Origin: Octopus sinensis
Taxonomy: Eukaryota
Direction of reading: 5' to 3'
Assembly: GCF_006345805.1 (NCBI RefSeq)
Contig: NC_043002.1
Location: forward strand, 114,514,001 to 114,578,000
Length of the DNA: 64,000 nt
Shown here: positions 25,673 through 37,187 of the stretch, piece by piece
Numbering within the stretch: the first letter of the stretch is position 1
Layout of the letters: each line of letters begins with the position of its first letter
Notes under the pieces: model-generated
Told to the model about the DNA's origin: nothing
The model's database searches: none
The model's input: only the letters and a program-made list of their open reading frames with translations
Position numbers and translations under genes: made by a program

Positions 25673-25680
<8 letters not shown>
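25280..25680 (+). mobile_element. PLE-type 3' terminal (pseudo-LTR) fragment
   Basis: Pyrimidine-rich UTR ending in an HHR-like motif and flanked by (TA)n; no ORF, so the assignment is inferred. Confidence 0.5.
25540..25577 (+). ncRNA. Minimal hammerhead-like motif with A6U substitution
   Basis: UCUUU CUGUUGA A GAGC GUAG GCUC GAAA CGUA AAAGA: 5-bp stem I, 4-bp stem II, zero-loop palindromic stem III ACGU. Confidence 0.55.
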
Positions 25681-25708
<28 letters not shown>

Positions 25709-27266
25709 CATACTTTACAAACCTAATGATTTGGAAGATAATCAAAGAGACTGAAAACATCAGAATCATACTCTCAATGATATTAAATGCAAACATTGTG
25801 TGTGTTTGTGAGTGTACGTGGATACATTATAAGTTTTGGTTTGTGTACATTTAACAGAAAAAATGTTATTGTTTCAAAAGAGCTATGTTTTCTCTCTAGC
25901 TTTTAACGTTTAAGCGTTAACTATTACACAGGATTAGTACAATATTCAACCGCCAACTTAACGCTGCGTATAGCAACTATGCATTGGGCGGACTGTTTTT
26001 ATGGATTATTATATCTATAACAATTGTTGCGTCTCTTTTTTGTGTCATTGTTGGTTTCTAATCCTTTGATAATTCATTATTCTTCAATATGCTAAAACGT
26101 ATAATTTTAAAACCCATTCATGTGAATCTACTTTGAACTCTTCAAACACTCCCAGTTTTGGATACGAACCAAAGACAATGTTTACATGACTAAGCAGATG
26201 CAAGAAGCTTATATTACTACTGCATATTCCATCATTCATCACATGGCTTTGACTGTGAGTTCACAAAACAGAACATTGGATCACGTGGTTTCCCATCCAT
26301 TCTTACCTACTGGCTCAACTTCGCCTGTCATCCCTACTATGATGTCAATAAAATCTGTAGCGCCTAAATACACTATCGTTTCATTCGACTATAGTGTTCC
26401 CTACTAATCTGAAAACTTAGCAAAAAATATGTAATGAGAACATTTGAAGCAGAGATAATCGACACTCTACCAGTATAACATTTTACTGATTCTATATTCG
26501 CAGCAAGTTTGGGAAGAGCATAAATGTTACACTAAACTCTCTTTCCTAAAAAGTAGAGAGCATTTCTATCTTGTTAATAAACGTTAATATTATATCAGAG
26601 GAAGCGTCTGAAGTAATAAAACAGTTTCCTTTCTCATGTTCTCAATTTATACACAGTCAGGGTCAAGTTCGCCTTATCTTTTGATGTCATTAAGAATGTA
26701 CCAACAATATATACTAGCATCTCTTTAATCGACAAGAGGTAATTTTTGTCAATTCTGCAACAATACTTAAGAAAGCACTGTAGGTGAAAATGAAAACTCT
26801 TGGCCGTCTTAAGATCGCGATAGCGGTTCAAATTACAGTTGAATCTATAATATATTAATATTAACACTTATACTGACATGCCCCTTATGAAATGCAGACA
26901 ATTCTATATAAAATGTTTAATGAACATTATATATAATTTATATCCTTATCTTTTGCAGAGATAAGATTCTAAAGTTTCCAGAGATGAACGTTTGATGATC
27001 GTTAAAAGTAAAAACAAAACCACTTTAGTCCATATCCCTTGGAGGCTCACCGACACTCCAAACATCTTTAATTCCTTTCTTAGCTTTAAACCTGAGTTCT
27101 CTGCCATCTCACCGTGTAGGATGGATCGTCTAATTACTGGTTAATCAAGAAAATACACTCCATATTGATTTCAAGCTCCCCTCATCTTCATCCTTGTCGG
27201 AATTCGGCTGATTTCTTGTAGAATATTCTTGAAATTAAATGAATTTTCTCTTGTCTGAAAAGGCTT

Positions 27267-27366
27267 NNNNNNNNNNNNNNNNNNNNNNNNNNNNNNNNNN
27301 NNNNNNNNNNNNNNNNNNNNNNNNNNNNNNNNNNNNNNNNNNNNNNNNNNNNNNNNNNNNNNNNNN
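27267..27366. other. Assembly gap (100 N)
   Basis: Read directly. Confidence 1.
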
Positions 27367-27585
27367 AAAATTTGAATGAAATTGGTTGTGCAGTTCTCGA
27401 GTTTTAGGGAATCGTAGTGGAGAAGATATGATATTGCTGTGGGCTTGCCCTAGGCAAAAAGTTAAAATTTTTTTTGCCGATGACACATCCCGGACCCTAA
27501 GTAAGGCATGTGTAGTTCTCAAGTTTTAGGGAAACACACAGACAGACAGACAGACACACATTTTCAGTTTTATATATATAGAGAT
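27367..27585 (+). mobile_element. 3' end of a Helitron/Helentron-like non-autonomous element
   Basis: (ACAG)n followed by TTTCAGTTTTATATATATAGAGAT, the same terminal style as 11411 and 41532. Confidence 0.5.
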
Positions 27586-27904
27586 ATCATTATAAAAACA
27601 TGCAATCGCTTTATCCAATCTCAAAGCTGAAAGATAATGCATGATTATTTCAAAACAATGTGAATTACGTTTGACAGAGTAATCTAAATGCTGAAGAGTT
27701 AAAGTTTCTGATTTAAAGTATTGTTTATGTTTTGTTTTTGTTTTCCAGTTTCAGCTCTTGAGCTGTGGCCATGCTGGGGCACCGCCATTATTATTCACTA
27801 TATTATTTTCATTCGACAGACTCATTGTAGAATAACCATTAGTAGATATGAAAAAGGAGCTGTTTCAAAGTTCCGTGAAAATACTTGCTTGAGAAACAAT
27901 ACTA

Positions 27905-28150
27905 CTCAAATATTGGTTTCAAATTTCAGCACAAGGCCAGTAGTTTCGTGGTGGTGAGGGGAAGAATCGGTTATATCGACGCCAGTGTTCAACTGGACAT
28001 TGCCTTCCATCCTTTCCAGGTCAATAAAATTAACGGCTCGAAAGGATGGAAGTCAATGTCAACTTCGGCGAAATTCGGACTTAGAACGTAAAGACGAACG
28101 GAATGCTGCAAAGCATTTCGCCCGACGTGCTGACCATTCTGCCAGCTCGA
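27905..28150 (-). mobile_element. SINE family A copy
   Basis: Family A body plus head (rc GAGCTGGCAGAATGGTCAGCACG). Confidence 0.8.
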
Positions 28151-28807
28151 TCCTTTAAAAAGCATTTTGTCTGGTGGGTTAATTTTTAGCCACCCCGTCG
28201 TCGTATGCTACTCAATTATTTAGATCATCACAATTTTAGCAATGCACAACCCCAGAAAAATATATTTCACACAAATATGAAATGAGAGAAAAGAAATATA
28301 ACAAATATACATCTCTAGTATCCCCAGCAAAACTAAGCCCTTGTTTTTCAATAAAACGAACAAGGACTATTCTTCAAAAAGTATATCATTTTTACACATC
28401 AAATAGCCAAGCGCTATCGCACTGTCAACGTTTGAGAATGTTCGTGGTCGATGCATATGAAACGTATTGCAAATGCCAGCCATCAGCTATGTTTATCGCG
28501 CACCTCTCAAATAAAATCCTCATTCCATCGCATTGATATATATATGTATATATTTATAAAGCAGATTTTTCAATATGCCATGTTTTATAACTGATACTCT
28601 ATCAATTATGGAAGAAGCACACAATCCGACACCTGACGTCTCTCTCTCTCTCTCGAGATTTTAAGACAACTAGGTTTATTCTTGCTGATGATGTAACATA
28701 ACGGATTCGGTGAGGGACAAAAGAAGCAAACTTTCAAAACTTTGAAAACCTTGCGGAAGGAAAGTGAAAATTTTTGTTGTTGTCGTTGAGTCATTTTGTT
28801 ATCCTCA

Positions 28808-28810
28808 CCG

Positions 28811-28845
<35 letters not shown>

Positions 28846-29456
28846 CTTCTTCTTCTTCTTCTTCTTCTTCTTCTTCTTCTTCTTCTTCTTCTCCTCTCCT
28901 TCTCCCCTCCTTCTTCCCCTTCGCTTCTTTCTCCTCGTCCTCCTTCTCCTTTTCCTCTCCTCCTCCTCCTTTTTCTACTTCTCCACCCCTTCTCTTCTTC
29001 ATTCCCCTCCTTTTCCTTTTGCATCTTCCCTCCTCCTTCTCCATTTCCCTTCTTCTTCCTACTCCTCCTCCTTCATCCCCTCCTCCTTCTGCTCTTCCTC
29101 CCCTCCTCCTTCTGCTCTTCCTCCCCTCCTCTTTCTGCTTCTCCTCCTTCTGCTCCTCTTCCTTCTGCTCCTCCTCCGTCTGCTCCTCCTCCTTCTGCTC
29201 CTTCTTCCCTTCTTCTGGCCTTCCTCCTCCTCTTCTTTTTCCTCTTCCTCCCCCTCCCCTTTTCACTCCTTCTCCTGCTCCGTTTGCTCTTTCTCCTCTT
29301 ATTCCTTCTCCTCCTCCACCTTTTCCACCTTCTATTCATCTTCTTCCTCCTCTTGCTCCTTCTGCTCCTCCTCCACCTCCTCCACCTCCTCCACTTTCTC
29401 CTATTTCTCCTCCTCTGCCTCCTCATCTCCTCCTCCTCCTATTTTCCTCCTTCTTT

Positions 29457-29488
<32 letters not shown>

Positions 29489-29600
29489 TTCCTCCTCTTC
29501 CCCCCTCTTCCCCCTTTCTTCCTCCTCCTTCTTCTGATCCTCTTTCTCCTTTTCTCCTCCTTCTGCTCCCCTTCCTCCCCACCCTCTTCCCCATGCTTCC
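28808..29600. repeat. (GTT)n(CTT)n followed by an almost pure pyrimidine low-complexity tract of about 750 bp
   Basis: Read directly; source of the long low-complexity ORFs at 28764-29665. Confidence 0.95.
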
Positions 29601-29819
29601 TTTTTTTGTTTCTTTGTGTGTTTTATTATACTTTCATGTATCTGCGTAATTTTATAAACTTTTAACTTACCCCAGTTGTACTTGTATAAACCCTTTCAAC
29701 CTTCCCCTTCTCTTGGTATAACTTCCTTTTGTCCTATTGCACATGTCTTTGTGAATCCCCTGCTTAGCGTTCATCTTATTTCTGTATCTCTTCGAGCCCT
29801 TCATGTGCCTTATTATCTA

Positions 29820-30090
29820 GGCGTTGGAATGGTAAGAACTGGAGTCGATGTAATCGACTTACCCCTTTCCTTCAAAGTTTCTGTTTCTCAACCTAAATTA
29901 ACAACAGCTGTATAGGGCGGTAATTTGCCCGTTGATTTGAACGTTGGTGAAGTGCCTTGCACTTTTTGTTCGTTCTCCTTACGTTTTGGGTTCAAATCCT
30001 GCCAGGTTAACTTCTATTGTTACTCACTCGGGCCAAAAATATAAAGTATCAGTCAAGTACATGGGTCGATGTTAATCGATTAACCCTCTT
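29820..30090 (+). mobile_element. Degenerate family A SINE fragments (about 29820-29900 and 29960-30090)
   Basis: GGGTTCAAATCCTGCC B box; GGGTCGATGT.AATCGA motif. Confidence 0.6.
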
Positions 30091-30233
30091 TCTTGGGTGT
30101 TACTAGACGTAAAATAAAACGACAGCTTTTTTGTTATTTGATTCTGTTCGAATAAGTGTTTCAGATAAATAAACGTATTTTAAGCGTAGAAAATGTTTTT
30201 TTAATACTTTTATACATCATAACAAATTAGAAG

Positions 30234-30269
<36 letters not shown>

Positions 30270-30639
30270 TTTGCTTTCTATGTTTTGGGAGAAAAAGATG
30301 TTATATCATTAAATTTTAGTTCAACTTATTTTAATTGTTGTTGTACCTTAACGATTTGGCTTCAAAACAATAACGACAAAGTGGATATTTTGAAATGGAG
30401 AAAAATAATAACTTTTCAAACACTGAAGTGACTATATTACCTTCTTCGATAAGAGCACCAACATCATCATCATCATCATCATTAAAAGCAACAAGACAAC
30501 ATCAAGAAAAATGAGAATGTTTATTCATAAATACATACATACATACGCACACACACACACACACACGTACATACATATAACATCACCAAAACTTGTTATG
30601 TATATATATATATAATACAAATTTTGACAATAATTCTTC

Positions 30640-31910
30640 GAACAAAGTTGGGCAGGACTTGGCCCTGAGGGAACTAGCGCAACACTACTTTTAATAAACT
30701 TTCTGTCTCCTTGCTCGAGTAATATATTCAATAGCAGACAAGGAAACGGATAACATAATTACTGAAGCCTGCTCTCTAAAAGTGGAGCAGAGTTCAGCAT
30801 ACCCTTAAAGAAGAAAGTGGAGTGACTGAGAAATATGTGGAGCAATAGTGCATTCATTGTTAGAGGTAAATCCAACAGGGCTATCCGCTTCAATTTCCAG
30901 ATCGAGACTGAGGCAGAACGCCAAACAGAAATGAAACAATAAACCCTCACTCAACGACCCATTCTCTAATATACGGGTATTATTGCCACCAACACAAGTT
31001 TGACAATAAGGGAAGTTGGCAGCGGTAATATACTTTGGATTATTTCATCTTTGTGGAGTAACATGAGCGAACAGTAACCGACGAGATTACGAAAATCGAT
31101 ATTCGATCTAGAGGGGTGTGTGTGGACTTCCAACTTTTTATGATTCCTCAAAACCAAAGAGTTATTCCAGAACTATACCTAGTTAGGGGTGCATGAACTA
31201 AAATTATATGAATGAGCGGAAGGCCCAAATGTTATACTTTCCGCTGTAAGAGTGGTTTAAGGTCTCTTACTACTCATTATAGGTTCCAGGAACTGACAGA
31301 AAGTCGATGGATCCGTGGCTAAAGAGGACAAGGAGAGAGATGGAAGAGTTGTGTTTATAGCAGAAACACCACGGGACCCGGTGTCTTCAAGAAAAGAGGA
31401 ACTGGTGGAAATGCTGACCGATGGTGACAGTACGTGCGCTCCAAAGAACAGAGCAAAGCATATGGTATCATGTTCCTGGTTTGTAAGATTAGAGACAAGG
31501 TAAGGTGAAAATAGCGCGCGTACCATACATCTCTTACTAATTGCTTGCGCCATTGTACACTTGTTGCCGGAACAATGATTAGTTCAGATATTGGTGGTGA
31601 GGATCCCGATTTTTGAATTAGCGTAATCTCTGTGCAACAATAATGTGTGAGTGGGAAATTAACCAGTAACAATATGTGGACGGATGTGTCCATAAGGAAA
31701 TTCAGCTCCTAATCATTCCCGAAGGCAACAAGCCTTCTACCTAAAAGGAGAGAAAGGAAATAAACAGGAGACAGACAGAAACGAAAATAGCAGCAAGAAC
31801 GACTGTAGACCTAAGTGGGAAGACCAGGACTTTTTCTGCTGATGTATCCAGATCCCCATTTGTCATAGCTCCGAGGTTAACTGGAGCTATGACGGAAAAC
31901 CCACTTTTTT
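30640..31910 (+). mobile_element. Decayed R4/Dong-clade-like non-LTR retrotransposon 3' part
   Basis: Weak ordered remnants CA..IxRGK, YxGI, ELYLVRG (RLYLPR.GG), WLKRTRREME, AKHMVSCSWF (HIVSGC), MWTDVSI (LWDxxI); heavily decayed. Confidence 0.5.
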
Positions 31911-32084
31911 TCCGCTGAGGGTTTATATGTTCCAGTATTAGATATTTTCTTTAGTCAATACAGGGTGATCACTTTTTTAAGTTTTAAGTTTATGAATATT
32001 ATTATTATTTATAGGATACACACACACGCACAAGCACACACACATATATATATATATGGATAGATAGATAATTAGATAGATAGA

Positions 32085-32122
32085 TGGATGGATAGATGGA
32101 TATCTGTCTATCTATCTGTCTG

Positions 32123-32173
<51 letters not shown>

Positions 32174-32202
32174 GTCTATCTATCTATCTATCTATCTATC
32201 TG

Positions 32203-32278
<76 letters not shown>

Positions 32279-32327
32279 CCTATCTATATATCTATCTATC
32301 TATCTACCTACCTACCTACCTACCTAC

Positions 32328-32376
<49 letters not shown>

Positions 32377-32385
32377 CATCTATGT
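32085..32385. repeat. (TATC)n microsatellite
   Basis: Read directly. Confidence 0.98.
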
Positions 32386-32720
32386 AGTAAATACGTACAT
32401 ACATATCCAAAGATATACATAGAGTATATAAATACACATATATATACATATAATATACGAATACTTACATATACGTAAGTATTCGTATATTATATATATA
32501 TATATATATATATATGTTACTATCTGAGTATATTCCACTGGTGAGGCAAAGCATTTCTTATGCAAATCTAGAAATCCGGGATCTGGAATTATCCAGTAAT
32601 TTTTTGCTAGTTCATTTTGTCCTTTTGTCTTCTCTCCTAGTGCTGTATGAACATTTAATGTAGTTTTAGAGTCAAGTTTTGGCTGCAATTTCCAGTGTGG
32701 GGGTATATCTTAATCCCTAA

Positions 32721-32820
<100 letters not shown>

Positions 32821-32984
32821 TATATATATATATGTGTGTGTGTGTGTGTATGTAAGTATATATGTATGATGAACTCTCCTGTTGAAGACGCTGAATGAGC
32901 GTTCAGCTTTTGCGGACGTAATGCCTTGTACAAGTGATTTGTTCATAATGATCAAATGATCATGCTGCACATAGGCTCACTCCA

Positions 32985-33170
32985 TCCATCAAATCAACGT
33001 TGTCTGAACAGCTGCATTGTGTACCACACGCCAGGTGTCGATGTCATCGCAGAGCAACGTGAGATAAAGTGTTTTGCTCAAGAACACAACGTATCATCCA
33101 ATCTAGGAATTGAAATCGTGATCGCTTGATCGTGAGTGCAACACCCTAATCACTAAGCCAAGCACCTATG
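32985..33170 (-). mobile_element. SINE family C variant fragment
   Basis: rc tRNA-like head GCTTGGCTTAGTGATTAGGGTGTTGCACTCACGATC and TTCTTGAGCAAAACACTT motif. Confidence 0.7.
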
Positions 33171-33180
33171 CACGCGCACA

Positions 33181-33212
<32 letters not shown>

Positions 33213-33261
33213 TAAACACACACACATACACATATAGAGTATGTAAGTTTTTTGAGGTCAC

Positions 33262-33340
33262 TTGTATGAATTTAGAAAAAGACACATAGCTCATCACCAT
33301 TTCTGTGATGAGCTATGTGTCTTTTTCTAAATTCGTATAA
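33262..33340. repeat. Perfect 30-bp-arm inverted repeat (7-nt loop)
   Basis: 33268-33297 is the exact reverse complement of 33305-33334. Confidence 0.95.
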
Positions 33341-33619
33341 ATAATCTTGAGAATCCTTTTATCATATCTACTCAATGAATCCACCGTTAGTATCAATGAC
33401 TGCTCCAATATGGTGTCGGAAGCGCTGACATGCTTGAACCAGACGATCATTCAGATGACATGCCCAAATCAGATGCTGGTTATGGCGGACTTGAGTGACT
33501 GTGCGTTGTTATGCGGGCGTAATACTCCAGTGGACTGAGGTCTGGTGAGGAAAGGATGGATGGATATTTGGATGTGTATTTCATCGTGTATGTATGTATG
33601 CATGTAATTATGTATATAT

Positions 33620-33845
<226 letters not shown>

Positions 33846-35983
33846 ATGTCTGTATTTACGTATGGCATGTAAATAGCTAGAATCTAAATTTTATTACTGC
33901 GCTCTGCCATGTCATGCAAACTCCAAAGAAAATACGAAAATACAGAGAGAACAGAAAATCATTTTCGAGAAATGATCATTTATGTAATAAACATATTGAA
34001 CTATTAAGTAATATTTTTATTAATTTACATCCGAATTTTCAAATTTGGAAAGAAATTTATTGTAGTGAATGTATGCACCATCAGAAGACAGAAGGATTGT
34101 TTTCTAGAAAATAGTTGTCAAATGTATCCGCTGACTAGTCTCCTGTACTCTTTTGGTTTAGCGTGCACTAATTATATCAAGTGAAAAAAAAGACATAATA
34201 AGCATTTATAATCACCAATTAATAATAATGAGCATAACAACAACAAATCAGCAACAACAAAAGGAATAACAAAATCATTGACAACAATATTATCGCTGAT
34301 GTTGCTCTCCTTTAACAATAGCAAACAAAAGACAAAAACAAACTAAAAGCAACGTAAAAATATATAATTAGGAAGGATGACGAATGTAACTGGTTAAACG
34401 TTTTGGGGAAAGTATCACCATGAAAGCGCATCATTTTAATTAACCTCGTTAAGTTTTTAAATTAAGTCCAATTAATTAGTGGCTAAAGATTTTGCCCCAG
34501 GTTTGACATTTCGTTCTCATCATTTCTCTCATATATTCTTATTCTGTCTGTTAGCTTCACTTGAGTTCTTAATTTTTTCAAGACGGTTTCTCTCTTTTTC
34601 TCTACAGCTATAAACTTACCCTTTTTCTTTTCATATCGCCCGTATTCTCTTACTTCAACCTTCTTTGTTTCTCTCTCTTTCTTTAACGAATGTAGATGTC
34701 AGAGGAATTTCTAATTTTTTCCAGAGGGAAACCTTGTTTATACACTGGCAGATTTCAAGAGCAACTAAGATAGTTGGATATCAGCTTGCACCTGCGGCCC
34801 CAAAACTTGAAGCAAACAAAACAATAATCACAACACTTTGCAAATGTCATGATCACTTCCTTCCAAAGCAAGGCACCAAATATTTCACTCGTCATTTCAC
34901 TTCATTTTATCAATTCACGTTTTGTATATTTGAATATAAACTTGAAAAAATTATTTGTTTTTATGTTCTGATATAATTTTATCGAGATGTGCGAGTAGTT
35001 TTTTATGATAAGAGTTCTGCTTCAGGTCTATAATTTAAGTTTGTTGCCCATTTTATTCATTTAAGAAAGTTCGTGTTAATTTTAATTCAGTATTAGAAGA
35101 GTTGTTCGTTCAGTTTATACTTTATATTTTGAAGCACACCACTATCATCTACATTATAGTTTTAACGAATTTCATAAATACAGACTTTTTCCCACTTGAC
35201 ATTTTTAACACATTCCCGGTATGTAACTAGAACAAAAGTCTAAAGATTTGTACAGAGAATTGAAATAATTCACAAAGCTTCAAGCGTTGTCTATGGTTTG
35301 TAGAAACTTTCATTCAACCACCCATACTTCCTTTTCAACTTTTAATCAGAATTTATTCTTTTACATTGATGACAATTGAAAATTCTTTGGCTATTATTGA
35401 TATAATCCCTATATAGAAACATTTTATATTGTCGTTTATAATTAGATTAAATGGAAAGCTGTATAAAACAAAATAAAAGATGATAAATAATGAAAAGTAA
35501 CAACGTATAATAAGTAGTCCATTGATACATAATTAATATATTGTACTGAAATATAAGCTATTTCAATTTTTACGTATTTCGGTGCAAATATATTTACCTT
35601 TTTATAATTTCAGTATACAATGCTTGACATCAGTTGCAGAACTTTGCCAAATGAAAATATTGAAAAGAGTAGTTTATCATAAAATCAGCTTACTTTTGTC
35701 AAGAGTCATTTTTAAGGTGTTTATAATCCTCGTAATTGCAGCATTGTTTTACAATTCTTTAGTTTATTTAGCCTTTAGAGCTAAACCTTCATTTCTGGCG
35801 CTTTTATTTCCTTGTGAGAACGATGTATTCAGAGTGAAGTATTTTTCTCTACTTTCACTATTTTAAATTATAATTACAAATAGCTACATTAGCTTACAGT
35901 TATCGACACTTTTCATATATGAGCTAATCGAAAACATTGTCGAAATTCCTCATGCTTATTTGAAATTTAACTTTTACTATTAA

Positions 35984-36366
35984 CACTGTGTAACAAAGTT
36001 TTTATTTTTTGTCTTTGGTCAGTAAGCGTTATTTCCTATTTGTCTCTATCTAGAAATCAAAGGAAATGATTACTACTCCCTTCAAACTTTGCTTTTGTGA
36101 CCTGGACATCAAACGGACCTATTTTCCATTACATTTCAGACAGATTCAGTGCTGAGTTACCGAAGCAATAATATCGTTATTGCAAATATTCTGCTCAATA
36201 CACCAGATTTGCCTGTAATTTGCTTCACCTTAACCATTTGTACATGCCCCTTAGTGTCTGACAATATGCGCATCTCTGACAATAAGCGCATTTTAAAAAC
36301 TTTCCACGGGTAAGCAAATAAGAAATGACAGTTGCTACCCAAGAACAAAAATTGTGTTACACAGTG
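35984..36366. mobile_element. Chapaev3-type MITE
   Basis: TAA|CACTGTGTAACA...TGTTACACAGTG|TAA: TIRs beginning CACTG and a 3-bp TSD. Confidence 0.75.
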
Positions 36367-36607
36367 TAATCAAATTACAAAACCTTTTTTTAAAAAATAA
36401 AGATATCTAATTACACAGGGAAACAAAGTTTTCGCTGCATTAATACCAGCAGTTGTTCTTAACTCGTTTGAGCGTGTTAAATTCAAATGTGAGGTTCGTT
36501 TTTCTCTGTAAGCTCAAGATTTTATGCAATTCAACGTAATCCTTTTTTCTCGAAATTTGGACAACTCCCACGTTGTGACAAGGCCCATCTGAAAAAATTA
36601 TGGCCAT

Positions 36608-36790
36608 ACAGGCGCAGGAGTGACTGTGTGTTAAGTAGCAAGCTTACCAACCACATGGTTCTGGGTTCAGTCCCACTGCGTGACACTTTGGGCAAGTGTC
36701 TTCTTCTGTAGCCCTGGGCCGACTATAGCCTTGTGAGTGGCGGTCCTCTAGCATGGCCGCAGTCAAATGACTGAAACAGATAAAAGAATA
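36608..36790 (+). mobile_element. SINE family B, internally deleted
   Basis: Head GGAGTGACTGTGTG.TAAGTAGC...GGGTTCAGTCCC joined to the tail ATGGCCGCAGTCAAATGACTGAAAC. Confidence 0.8.
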
Positions 36791-36900
36791 AATGAATAAA
36801 GAATACAGTCTTAAAATTAGACTCAAAATACTCATCTGATACATACACACATACATACATATATATATATATATATACATACACACACACACATATATAC

Positions 36901-37150
36901 GAAGGTGCATGGTTTAGTGGTTAGGGTGTTGCACTCACGATTGCGAGATCGTGGTTTCGATTCCTAGACCGGGCGTTGCATTGTATTCTTGAGCAAAACA
37001 CTTCATTTTACGTTGTTCTGTGATTATTTCGTCATCTGACATGTGGCACATGGTGCACCTGTACAGGTAATATCGATTCGATGGAGGAAGTGAGCTTATG
37101 TGAACACAAACATTTGATAACTATAAATAGATCATGTGTGGTCTAACGAC
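36901..37150 (+). mobile_element. SINE family C variant
   Basis: GCATGGTTTAGTGGTTAGGGTGTTGCACTCACG...GGTTTCGATTCC head. Confidence 0.75.
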
Positions 37151-37187
37151 GGGAGAGTCCATTACGTACGTGAGTGTGTGACTGATT

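Noticed and set aside
28764-29665. 257-291-aa Pro/Ser/Leu-rich or Glu/Arg-rich ORFs
   Set aside because: Open in many frames because the C/T-rich tract lacks stop codons; no splice or domain evidence.
32530-32715. Short ORF between (TA)n tracts with a GLRYTPT motif
   Set aside because: Resembles the PLE N-terminal KGLxFxPT motif but is too short and decayed to call; no exon evidence.
34665-34976. 103-aa ORF and nearby acceptor-like sites
   Set aside because: No recognisable domain or donor site; similar ORFs are expected by chance.
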